This document shows, piece by piece, positions 1 through 49,126 of a stretch of DNA of 49,236 nt. The notes under the pieces are model-generated. The model was not told the origin of the DNA, searched no databases, and was given only the letters and a program-made list of their open reading frames with translations. The number at the start of each line of letters is the position of its first letter. Position 1 is the first letter of the stretch. A program made the position numbers and the translations under genes. The DNA lies in the NCBI RefSeq assembly GCF_001194135.2, contig NC_069000.1, forward strand, positions 25,497,082 to 25,546,317, in the 5' to 3' direction. Source of the stretch: Octopus bimaculoides. Taxonomy: Eukaryota.

Positions 1-49
1 GTGGTGAATGCTTCGATGTTATTGGGGTTATGGGTGGAGATGTATGGAA

Positions 50-88
<39 letters not shown>

Positions 89-92
89 TATA

Positions 93-1198
93 TATTGGGT
101 CATACAATAAATAAGGTGTTATTTTTCAATTCCATGGACTAAAAGTCAGAGGGGGCAGGTTTAACTACCTGCACTAATTTACTATAAAAGCAGGTAGTAA
201 TTTTACCTTGTCCTAATTCTTAGTGCAAGTTTTGAAGAGTTTAGTTCGATTTTAGCAGTTATTTCTCCAAAGCTATAATGGAAGTGACAAAGGATCATAT
301 TCGGCATATTTTGTTTTATGAGTTCAATAAAGGCAACACCGCAACTGAAAGTACGAGGAATATTAATATAGTATATGGGAATCGGACAATAAGCGTAAGC
401 CAGAGGAACTAGCAGAGCAGCTTGGATTTGATCATTCAAACATCTATCGATACCTGCAAATTGGGTTCCTCACAAACTTTCCGAGCCTAATTGCGCGCAG
501 AGAGTGAATGTGTGCTCTTCTTTGCTGTCACGTCTTACGAATGAACCTTTTTTGTACCGAATAGTGACTGGTGATGAGAAATGGATTCTCTAGAAAAAAT
601 GTCAAGCGCCGAAGACAGTGGGTAGGGAAAGGAGAAACACCGGCACTCACGGCTAGAGAACGTCTCCACACACGTAAGGTGCTGTAATCTGTTTGGTAGA
701 TTATGAAATGTTTAGTCCACTTTGAACTTTTAAACGCAAACCGGACGATAACAAAGGAGTTGTACTGCGAGCAGCTTGAGCGGCTTAAGTCAGTGTTAGA
801 AGGAAAATGATCAACTTTGGTTTCATGACAAAAGGTGTTCTTCCATCAGGATAATACTCAGCCACATACAGCGAGGATGGTATTCCAGAGGCTGGAGTAG
901 TTTGAATGGGAAACGATGCCCCACCTGCAATGTGATTATCATTTATTCTGCAGTCTTCAAAATCATTTGGACGGAAAATGTTTGAATTCTGTAGACGAGC
1001 TCAGAACAGTATTGGAGTAGTATTTTTCGTCTCGGACAAGTGAATTTTGGAAGAGAGCCCTTGAAAATCTACCAGATAGATGGGGGAACTTTGTAGAAAA
1101 TGATGCAGAGTATATTTTAGATTAAAAAAGAACTTTGTTTATCTTAATTTTGAAAAATATAAGAAGTAAAAAAAAAAACGCATTATTTATGGGATGAC
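93..1198 (+). mobile_element. Mariner DNA transposon, decayed and internally deleted
   Basis: Left TIR TATTGGGTCATACAATAAATAAGG; right TIR CGCATTATTTATGGGATGAC, cut by a gap. Transposase remnants 278-1125 (MEVTKDHIRHIL, WVPH, IVTGDEKW) with stops and frameshifts. Confidence 0.92.
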
Positions 1199-1312
1199 NN
1201 NNNNNNNNNNNNNNNNNNNNNNNNNNNNNNNNNNNNNNNNNNNNNNNNNNNNNNNNNNNNNNNNNNNNNNNNNNNNNNNNNNNNNNNNNNNNNTATATAT
1301 ATATATATATAT

Positions 1313-2330
1313 ATTCGCTGCTTTCTTCCAAGGAATCTAATGTTCTTAGCGTAGCTTTTCCTTGGGGCTGGCTAGATTGGAGCAATCTCGCGTATAACCA
1401 GCCGAAATTGCAAAGATAATCTGGAACTCGATTGAGGATAGAAAACTCCGAATAGCCCGTCCTTGTTTCGTCTGTCAGGATGTTTTGTTGTCCATTTTTT
1501 ATATCACCTAACTGTCTGGTTGTTTTGCGTTCTTGTCCCATTTTTGTATTTTTTATATATAAAACATATAGCGGCACTTTAGTCTCTTATATGTAAGTGC
1601 ACTTTAGTCTCTTATATGTAAGTATCTAAATTTTGTACGACTCTATTATTCTTGCTTTTCTTTCATTTTTTCCTTCTTTCTTTCAGCCATTTCACGCTTT
1701 CTTCGTTCATTCCACTCTTCGGTCTTTCGTTCCCTCTCTCTCACATTTTCTAGCCTTCTCTTCATGCTCACTTTCCCTCCTCTTTCACTTCACTGTGTCC
1801 CTTTCATTTTTTCTCGCCCCCTCCTTAATTCTTCTATCCCTCTGCTTCTACCTCTCTCTCTTCTTTCCCCACGTGACCTCTGTTCGGCCAAGTCTGACCT
1901 TTCTTTTTTGGTTCGACTACCAATCCGTGCAACATCTATATTCCTCCCTGTGCCTGTCAAATAGTATGTCCCTGCCGTAAGGCTTTACTTCCACACACGC
2001 CAGCTTAATTTAATTCGTCCTTAGTCGAAAGGCACCAGTTGTTATGTCCTGTTATTTGCATTTATATTTGTGTAACATTCTCTGTTTCTTTCCGTCCTTG
2101 TTTTCGTATACATTCGCTGCTTTCTTCCCGGGAATTTAATGCTCTTAGCATAGCTGTTCCTTGGGGCTGGCCACATTGGAGCAATCTCGAGTATAACCAG
2201 CCGAAATTGCAAAGATAATCTGGAACTCGACTGAGGAAAGAAAACTCCGAATAACCCGTCCTTGTTTTCTTTGTATCGTCAGTCAGGATGTCTTGTTGTC
2301 CCTTTTTTATATTACCTGTCTGGATGTTTT
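1313..2330. repeat. Element with ~220-250 bp direct terminal repeats (1313-1560 and 2112-2330) around a pyrimidine-rich core
   Basis: Both copies start ATTCGCTGCTTTCTTCC and share GGGGCTGGC...GGAGCAATCTCG...TATAACCAGCCGAAATTGCAAAGATAATCTGGAACTCG. A 25-bp tandem duplication lies at ~1574-1624. Confidence 0.8.
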
Positions 2331-2399
2331 GCGTTCTTATCCCATTTTTGTATTTTATATATATGCATATATATATGGATGTTCAATTTGTAGGAAAGA

Positions 2400-2950
2400 T
2401 CCAAAGGAACAATCACAAGTTAGTCAGATATCACATAAATGTCCTAGGAATTAGTGATTACATTGCGTGGAAGTTAATTCCTGGGAGTAGCGCGACGTGT
2501 TTTGGAGAATATAAGAATAATGGAAAATGGGGACAAACGCTCAAGATGTTATTTAAATCATATATAACACCATATCACCAACATATGTTTCGATAGATGC
2601 ATTAAAATAAATCCGAGTGGATGAATAATGTGGAACTATGCATCAATCTTATCAGGGAGGATATAAGAATACAGGATTTCTGTTAAGTGCTCTTGATATG
2701 AAAAATGTCTAAACCTTAAAGGTATTTAGTGATTCAATTAGAGCGATTATACATTAGAGAGTAAAAGTAGGAAAAACCATATCATAAAAATCATAGTAGA
2801 GATACATCCATAATATAAATCATACTATATTAATAAATAAATACATAGAGTATAACTATGATTATTTAAAAAGATTTGAGAGATCTTACGATCGTTTCAT
2901 GAATATACTATCTTTCGAAATGAAATGCAGAGTTGATAACCATTATTAGG
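2400..2950 (+). mobile_element. Possible highly decayed Penelope-like remnant
   Basis: GQTLKMLFKSYITPYHQ and, in another frame, FDRCIKI resemble the PLE thumb/linker region (FPxxHK..IFNRNTIK). Many stops. Confidence 0.3.
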
Positions 2951-3261
2951 AAATCAGAGAAAAGGATGAAATTTAATGTATGATAAAGGTGTTGTTAAAA
3001 AAGTTATTTGTATAGATGTGTATTGGTATAAATTTGGGCTAAAAATTTTGAAAAATAATATAAATCCATGGTAAAATCTTTCGTAGATAGAAGTCCCATA
3101 ATTTCTTTTCTCTTCAGTATGTAATCCATAATGTTTTACTAACCACAAGGGGCGAACATTAAGGGTCAATACAAAGTGGGGACACCAACGGATAAAAATG
3201 AAAGAATTATATGAAATGAAGTCGTTCATCTCCAAATCTGGGCTACTCCATTTATCTTGTT

Positions 3262-4735
3262 TTACTTATAACTTTTAAAAATGTCTTTATTATGATCGTT
3301 AATTACGTCTTTAAGACTCACCACCGTTGGCAGACACCTGGTGTTAATAGGTTTGCGCCAGTGCAACACATTGATTTCATATTCTTTCAGTCCCACTGTG
3401 TATATTGTGTCCACTATTATACACTTATAGTGTGGGAGCACCTCTTTACAGTCTGCAGTGGCTACTTCTATTCGTTTCGTCCAACTGTTCACCTTTTTTA
3501 ACAATTTGCCATTCTGTGCACTGTAAAGCACTTTGCTCTTTTTCTTCACAGATTGGGAGCTGGGGAATTTGGGGCTCCTGTATGCTTCTGTTCATTTTGT
3601 TAATGTCAGGTGAGGCAGAGCGATGTTTGGTGTCTGCAAGGGAGGGGTGGATGAAGTGGGTTCGGGTGAGAGTTGGGTGTGTGTGGGATGGGGGTCCTCG
3701 TTCAGTTTGTATCTTTTTTCTCCTCTTTCTGCACTTCCTTTCAATAATTTCTCATTCGTCCTTGGTTATGTTCCCTTCTTCTTCCTCTGTACTTCCGTCG
3801 ACCTTCTCTGTTGGTGAAGCTGTGGTTTCTTTTACGGACACTGTCGCTTCTTGATGAGGTAGAGGGCAGTCCACTCTAATGTGACCTTTTTTTTTTTACC
3901 ACGTTTGTAACACCGAGGGTTCCTGCCCTCCACACTAACCTTGATCGCTATGGTTTCCACCAATTCTTAGAGGTTCTCCGCAGTTGCTTGAATCACCATA
4001 TTCAGAGTCTACTCCTGCCAATTCTTGTTAGCAGTGTTAGTGGCTTGGAGGACTGCTATCTTATCCTTCATGCCCAGCAATATCACTGCCACCAGCTAGG
4101 CCACATTTATCTCCGGGGGTATATCTTCTACCCTCACTCTGGGAGCACGCCTTCCAAGGTATATGGATAGAAGAATTACCTCATATGTTTTCAAGAGGGT
4201 CGCCGAGTGTCGCCTGGTTGTTGCATCATCCCGGAGCCGCACCTCTACCATTCTGAATTTTCTCCCTCTGGCCAGGTTGGAAATTTCCTGCCAGATAGGG
4301 TTTAGCGCCTTTTCAATTTCTCCGTTCGTCATTAGGCCTATTCTCTGGGCTTTGACAAGATAAGTTCTGTAAGTTATCATTCTGTTCTTTGTCTCTTGTA
4401 ATACTTCTTGGGGAGGGGACAACTTTACATCTTGCCCTGCTCTACGAAGCAGATTCTTGTAATTGTCCAGCTTTTCCATGTTCACTTCTTTGTGGCTTTT
4501 GGCCGCCCGCCACCGCAAAATTCATTATTCCTGCTTGTCTATCTCAAAAATTGCTTGGAGTAATTCGTCCCCGGACGAACTCATCTTTTCCAATTCCATT
4601 TTTGTTTAAAAAAACAAAACAATGTGTTACCCACTTCAACCAAGGGGGAACACGTCAATAAAACTGCCGTAAGGCTGCAAAGACCAGCGTCGAACGACGC
4701 AACACTTAACACAATTAATTCACTTTACTGACCTT
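3262..4735 (-). mobile_element. gag/ORF1-like unit B (RRM-like region plus degenerate CCHC knuckle; L1/Tx1-type ORF1), pseudogenised
   Basis: ORF 4096-4518 (MVEVRLRDD...RVRVEDIPPEINVA), knuckle remnant PRCYKRG..GHIRVDCP near 3870-3920, and a Pro/Lys-rich tail. No EN or RT follows. Confidence 0.75.
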
Positions 4736-5990
4736 TGTAATAACACACAAAAGCGTTCAGTGTGTAATCCATAAGTGTAAAGTTTTCTTTATTACATTTT
4801 TTATCACAGGACGGGGAGAGGCTGTTTGGGGCTCCTGTGCGCTTGTGTCGGTGGGGTGTGGAGAGGGTTGGTGTTTGTAGGGGAGGATGGGGCAGAGTGG
4901 GTGTGAGTGGGAGTCGGGTGGGTTTAGTATGGGGGTCAACATTCACAGGGTGTGCCATTTTTCTCTTCTTTTTCGACCAGGCTTTTCCCATTCATTTCCT
5001 TCGTTGTTCACCTCTTCTTCCTTGGCAATTGTATTGTCTTTCACCGGCGCTGAAGGTGCAGCTTCCTCCCTGCTTACGGGCTGTTCTTTGGTCTTCACGG
5101 TCGCCGGAGGACAGTCCGCTCTAATGTGACCTTTCAGGCCACATCGTAGCATCGCGGTGTTCTGCCCTCCACTGACCCTGAGTGTCATATCTTCTAAGGT
5201 GGTGATCTCCACTATGCTTTAGAAGTCTCCCGGGGCCGTCTTGATTATCATTACCAGGCTCTGCCATTGCCAGTTCTTGTGCGCCGTTCTTGTGGCTTGG
5301 AAGACCGCTATTTTTCTTTGTTGCCCAGCAGTACGGCAGCTACTAGCCATGCTACATCAATCTCAGGAGGTATATCTTCTACCCTATTCCTGGAAGCACG
5401 ACTCCCAAGGTACAAGGGTAGAATTACCCCTTCTTCCGTCTTGCCGAGTGTTGCCGAGTGTAGCCTGGCAGTAGCTACCTCACGGAACCGTACCTCCACC
5501 GTTCTAAACTTCTTTCTTCTGGCAAGGTAAGAAATCCCTTACCAGATTGGTCTCAAAGCTTTTTCGACTTGCACGGTCGACATAATTTCTATTTTCTTTT
5601 TTTCCACAGAGTATGTCCTGTATTCTCTCTTTGTTCTCTCTTTGGTTGCTTTTAAAACTTCTTTGGGAGGGGACACGAGGAATGTTCTTATATTTGCTTA
5701 GTTCCTATAATTCAAGTTCGTTGCTGTGGCTCTTGGCAACGGCCGCAAAATTTCTTTTCTCCCCCTCCTTCTGTTCCTCCATTACATTCACAAACCTCAG
5801 TAGTTCCTCCTCGGAGGACGTAAGCTCCGGGTGAGCGGGTGGTGGTGGATGATATTTTCATACTCTATCCTTAACAGCAGTGCTACTTCCTTCGAAGAAG
5901 GAGGAAAGCGTTAAGAAACTGCAGTAAGACAATAAAATAAAGTGTTTAAAAAACACGAAACCAACAATAATCAACAAATTTCGACTTACT
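4736..5990 (-). mobile_element. gag/ORF1-like unit A (paralog of unit B), pseudogenised
   Basis: VEVRFREVATARLHSATL...RVEDIPPEIDVAWLVAAVLLG (5308-5499) and knuckle RCGLKGHIRADCP (ORF 4943-5212). Roughly 70% nucleotide identity to unit B by eye. Confidence 0.75.
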
Positions 5991-6249
5991 TTTGAAAAAT
6001 GACTTCAACTTAATCTATAATTAAATCAATTAGTTATATATTAGAAGAGTACAGGGTCAAGTTTCAAGAGGACAAATTCTAGGCACCTATCTAAGGAATA
6101 ATCTATATTATTTGAACATGTGTATAATCTAAAATAATTCAATTTTAACTTTCTATTTTCTAACAACAATCCTAATATTTTATTATGATACCATAATATG
6201 AAATACAAGATGTTAATGTGAATCTTATCTTAATGATCTCTTATAGTGT

Positions 6250-7160
6250 TTAAACGTTTTATAAAACCTGTCTACATGTGGATAGTGCATCCGATTGGCA
6301 ATTAAATTATTTTGTTTATATAATAATATGTATAGCGATTCTTTTGTACATAGACGGCAGACAGAAGATTTGTGGGTATATGGTGCAGCTGAGTCAATAA
6401 TTGACCTGGATAATTCATAGTTAACATTTTTTTCTGTTTGCGTTTATGTCCATATGCAGCCAATGAAGTAGTGTTATTCGCAATATTCAGTTTAAATGAA
6501 TGCATATGTGCTAAAAATCTTTGTTTAAAGTTAATAGAGCTCCCTATATATACCTTACTATGTGATCTAGCAGTTTTAGCAACAGTACATTTATATATAA
6601 CGTTGAGCCTTCTACGTTTGCCTTCTAAAGGACACTATTTTTAATTTTTACATGCGCAATATTTAGTTGTATGTTTCTGTTCCGTGGTGGAAGATTTAAT
6701 GGTATTATGATTATTTGTTATGGTGTGTGGTGTTATATTTGAATTTTTTGTGGAATTTACTGTGGGTTTATTACTATTGTTATTAGATTGTGGTATTAAT
6801 TTATCTAAAGTCCTGTCATATCTAGTGGTTTGAATATTTTGAAATATATAGTTATTGGAATTTTGTTAAGGTTATAGCATTGCTATGTATTCTCTGTTGA
6901 ACTGCTGTTATATTGAGTATTATTTGGTGTTCTAGGATCATTGTGCATTTCATTAGTAGTATTACAGTTGTTAGTATTATTTCTTAAACTATATTTATAT
7001 TTATTACGTTTTCGTCCATTAGAGCAGGCGATAATTGATCCTATGTTCGGCAATATAGAAAACGATATTTTAATTGCTGGTCTATTATATATATGATGAT
7101 ACTTATGATTATTAGGAAAACCTTTTTTTTTACGATGTTTAGAAATTTTTAACTGGTCCT
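6250..7160 (-). mobile_element. Penelope-like element 3' fragment (thumb/linker plus GIY-YIG endonuclease), decayed
   Basis: FPNNHKYHHIYNRPAIKISFSILPNIGSII, an Asn-rich linker, then CPLEGK..NVIYKCTV...KVYIGSSINFKQRFLAHMHSF and CRLC.KE. Confidence 0.88.
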
Positions 7161-7569
7161 TTAATAGATATATATATACAGGATAGTAAAAGAGGGTGAG
7201 GAATGGAGAGAAAGTGAGAGTGTGTGTTTTTTTGTGTGCATGTGTGTGCGTGTGTGCCTGTGTATCTGAAAGGAATGTCAATGGAAAATAGAAGGAAAGA
7301 AAGAAGGAAGAGAGAATGAAGAAAAAAATTGTGTTTACATATATATACAGCTGGTCAGTTCTTTCAATAAAAGATGACAAGTTGATTCTTGGCCTTTAAA
7401 AATGGCAAAACCAGGTGGCAATCAAAGGAGGATCTTGTTTTGAAAAAAGTTATTTTTCAAAAAATTGTCTGGATTAGTTATCATTGTCCACTCTCTCTCA
7501 CTTTCTCCATATTCCTCACCCTCTTTTACTATCCTATATATATCCTATATATATATATATATAGATATA

Positions 7570-7725
7570 CAGGGCAGGGAATCGTCAATTGGAGAAGCAG
7601 GTTACTGTCAATCCCTATATATTTATGATTATAGATGATTTTACCGATAAGGTTTTTTCATACTGAGCTACCCGGCAAAATTGTTAATTATTAATTTTAT
7701 TACTAATTGACGATTCCCTGCCCTG
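7570..7725. mobile_element. MITE with perfect TIRs CAGGGCAGGGAATCGTCAATT, flanked by TA (Tc1/mariner-type signature)
   Basis: 7570-7590 is the exact reverse complement of 7705-7725. The symmetry extends ~11 bp into the ATATAGATATA flanks. Confidence 0.85.
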
Positions 7726-8702
7726 TATATCTATATTTTAATAATACCTCTAAGGTGAATAGTTAAACCGCAAGAAGTTCGTACGGGTCTTTTTTCTATG
7801 CGGGACTATTTATGATGCACACTGAATTGAATTCATTAGGGTGAGGGATTTTGAACTCACTGGCCGATAAATTTCTTAATGTCTGCCTCACGTGGTCTTG
7901 ATGTCGCATGGTCAAAATTAACGTGAGTTATTTAGACATTNNNNNNNNNNNNNNNNNNNNNNNNNNNNNNNNNNNNNNNNNNNNNNNNNNNNNNNNNNNN
8001 NNNNNNNNNNNNNNNNNNNNNNNNNNNNNNNNNNNNNNNNNNNNNNNNNNNNNNNNNNNNNNNNNNNNNNNNNNNNNNNNNNNNNNNNNNNNNNNNNNNN
8101 NNNNNNNNNNNNNNNNNNNNNNNNNNNNNNNNNNNNNNNNNNNNNNNNNNNNNNNNNNNNNNNNNNNNNNNNNNNNNNNNNNNNNNNNNNNNNNNNNNNN
8201 NNNNNNNNNNNNNNNNNNNNNNNNNNNNNNNNNNNNNNNNNNNNNNNNNNNNNNNNNNNNNNNNNNNNNNNNNNNNNNNNNNNNNNNNNNNNNNNNNNNN
8301 NNNNNNNNNNNNNNNNNNNNNNNNNNNNNNNNNNNNNNNNNNNNNNNNNNNNNNNNNNNNNNNNNNNNNNNNNNNNNNNNNNNNNNNNNNNNNNNNNNNN
8401 NNNNNNNNNNNNNNNNNNNNNNNNNNNNNNNNNNNNNNNNNNNNNNNNNNNNNNNNNNNNNNNNNNNNNNNNNNNNNNNNNNNNNNNNNNNNNNNNNNNN
8501 NNNNNNNNNNNNNNNNNNNNNNNNNNNNNNNNNNNNNNNNNNNNNNNNNNNNNNNNNNNNNNNNNNNNNNNNNNNNNNNNNNNNNNNNNNNNNNNNNNNN
8601 NNNNNNNNNNNNNNNNNNNNNNNNNNNNNNNNNNNNNNNNNNNNNNNNNNNNNNNNNNNNNNNNNNNNNNNNNNNNATATATATATATATATATATATAC
8701 AT

Positions 8703-8872
8703 ATACGACGGGCTTCTTTCAGTTTCCGTCTACCAAATCCACTCACAAGGCTTTGGTTAGCACGAGGCTATAGTAGAAGACACTTGCCCAATATTTCACG
8801 CAGTGGGACTGAACCCGGAACCATGTGGTTGGTAAGCACGCTACTTACCACACAGCCACTCCTGCGCCTATA
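8703..8872 (-). mobile_element. tRNA-derived SINE, 5' head
   Basis: Reverse complement reads GGCGCAGGAGTGGCTGTGTGGTAAG (A-box-like)...GGTTCCGGGTTCAGTCCC (B-box-like)...GGAAACTGAAAGAAGCCCGTCG, then (TA)n and a gap. Confidence 0.85.
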
Positions 8873-8960
8873 ATTTAAGAGCAATTTGAAAGGGAATGAA
8901 AAATAAAAGTAACAAGGTAAAAGTTTTTATTTTTCATTCCCTTTGAAATTGCTCTCAAAT
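8873..8960. repeat. Near-perfect fold-back inverted repeat (~36-bp arms, ~16-nt loop)
   Basis: ATTTAAGAGCAATTTGAAAGGGAATGAAAAATAAAA versus TTTTATTTTTCATTCCCTTTGAAATTGCTCTCAAAT, two mismatches. Confidence 0.9.
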
Positions 8961-9132
8961 GTGGTTTTGGTCGTTTTGACTGCTTCTTCTAGCGTGTAAA
9001 ATTACCTGTTTAAGGTAGTTTCTCTTGTGTTTAAATGTACACTATTTTATATTGAGAATATGTTGTCTGTTGACTTTTTATACATGCAAGGCCACTGGTA
9101 GGGAAATTTCTAAAAATATTCGCTACGCTATA

Positions 9133-9137
<5 letters not shown>

Positions 9138-9219
<82 letters not shown>

Positions 9220-9243
9220 CATACATATACATATATATGTGAG

Positions 9244-9281
<38 letters not shown>
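9138..9281. repeat. Compound inverted microsatellite (CA)n-(TA)n-(TG)n
   Basis: Seen directly in the sequence. Confidence 0.95.
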
Positions 9282-9284
<3 letters not shown>

Positions 9285-9496
9285 TTTTGATTACACGGAA
9301 TTGATAAAGAATTCACATGTCAAAGTGAAGCACACGACAAATTGACTAGATAGAATGGAGCAAAAGTGATTGTTAAATCATCCAGAGTACATAAAAGTTG
9401 AAGAGAAGTTCACTACTGTCAGTTAATCCACAACTTCAATAGTAGCTAAAAATATTCAACGACGTATATATATATATATATATATATATGTATTAC

Positions 9497-47437
<37,941 letters not shown>

Positions 47438-47509
47438 CTTATTCTTCTGCCTCCTTCCTTTTCAGCTACACTAAGTTCCTTGATGATTTCGTAATCACTG
47501 CAAATAATA

Positions 47510-47552
<43 letters not shown>

Positions 47553-47964
47553 AAGGTTTGGAGGTGATGTACAGAAATTATATAGAAAAAAATTTTTTAA
47601 TTAAGGTACTCAGAAATCTGGATGTTTGTACATTTACAGATTTTTATTAATGTCACATATTAAATGAAGCGCTTTTCACCTAGTCGTGTAGGTTTTTCAA
47701 ATTGTTNNNNNNNNNNNNNNNNNNNNNNNNNNNNNNNNNNNNNNNNNNNNNNNNNNNNNNNNNNNNNNNNNNNNNNNNNNNNNNNNNNNNNNNNNNNNNN
47801 NNNNNNNNNNNNNNNNNNNNNNNNNNNNNNNNNNNNNATATATATATATATATATATATACCGGAGTAAGCACATAAATGTGAAGCAAGGTAGAAAAAAG
47901 AGTACTCAAATACCAGAGGTAGAGTAATATGCTTTATTTAAAAGCAGCAGAAATATAGCAAAAG

Positions 47965-48002
47965 CTGTTACTCAGAGTTTCACGTTCCCGTTCGTTGGAC
48001 AG
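47965..48002 (-). ncRNA. Minimal hammerhead-like motif in a probable Penelope terminus (~47860-48060)
   Basis: CUGU-CCAACGA-ACG-GGAA-CGU-GAA-ACUC-U-GAGU-A-ACAG. Stems I and II pair perfectly, stem III is palindromic, and core G5 is replaced by A. Confidence 0.65.
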
Positions 48003-48589
48003 TTTTGTTAAAATAGAACAGAAATAACGATATGATAAAAACTAGTTAAAGGATACACCTTTAAAAATGGATTTGTTTCATTGGTCCTTTCAATTAACGG
48101 TCTTAAGCATGTAAATAACAAAATAAACAAATGAATGAATTCTATATAAATTCATCCTATCATAAAAATCGAGGAAAACCTCAAATCGAAGACTGGATTC
48201 AAAATACATATTGCAAATAATTATATACGAAGTATAATTCGATTGATACATTAAAAATTAAAACTAAAATTAAAATTTCCACGTTGCATTACATAAATAT
48301 TTTACATCAATATATACGCATACTAAACCATTAATATACATATATACATCAAAATACATAGATGGATGCACACAGACTATATACATATACAGACATATAT
48401 ATGTAAGACGTAAATATACACACAAATACACATATACACATGTATATATGTGTACGCAATCAAGCTCGCATGCAAAAATCACTTGCTGTATACATATAGA
48501 CGAGAAGAAAAATTTTAAAACGCAGAGAGGGGGAAAGAAAAAGTATAGGAAAGATCTTAGATGTAACAGTTAGCGAGAGAAAGAGCTGA

Positions 48590-49126
48590 GTGATAGGAGG
48601 GGAGAGGGGCGCAAAGTTAAGGGACTCTATACAAGTAACGAATAATCATAGTGCCGATTCTCTTCTTAAGAATTGTAATTGCAAAGATGGGACATCCTGT
48701 CTGTTGGAAGGAAAATGTGTGGAGAAAGGAATTGTGTATAGAGCCAAGGTGCAGATAGAAGGCTCACACGAATATAAAACTTATACAGGGGCTTCTGAAA
48801 ATTCTTTCAAAACTCGATTTTATTCACATAGATATTCCTTCAGATAGCCCGGACATAGGACGAAGACCAGCCTGGCAAAATATGTCTGGGAATTAAAAGA
48901 AAAAGAAGCCCGACCTTTCAACGTGACATGGAGCATTTTAGATAGAGTTGCATCTTACAGGCACGGTGCGCGTAAAACACCCATCAAATGTAATTTATGC
49001 CTGCTGGAAAAATATTTTATTTTATTCCAGGACAAGAACTCTTTGAATAAAATACGCGAACTCTTGAATTCTTGCAGACACGCAACTAAATTTAAAATGT
49101 CAGCTAGCAATATACCATATGGATAG
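48590..49126 (+). mobile_element. Penelope-like GIY-YIG endonuclease C-terminal region (one in-frame TAG at ~48845)
   Basis: CNCKDGTSCLLEGKC..GIVYRAKV..YTGASENSFKTRFYSH..TSLAKYVWELK..W.I..CNLCLLEK..LNKIRELLNSCRH. Confidence 0.92.

Noticed and set aside
5990-6090. AG..GT-bounded segment as candidate Rh exon 9
   Set aside because: The phase-1 frame gives DRCLEFVLLKLDPVLF* with no Rh similarity. The GT site is better explained as the leader donor of ORF1 unit A.
48838-48850. In-frame stop in the PLE endonuclease as possible selenocysteine recoding (as reported for Naiad PLEs)
   Set aside because: The codon is TAG, not TGA, and the EN is C-terminal here. Ordinary decay is the simpler explanation.
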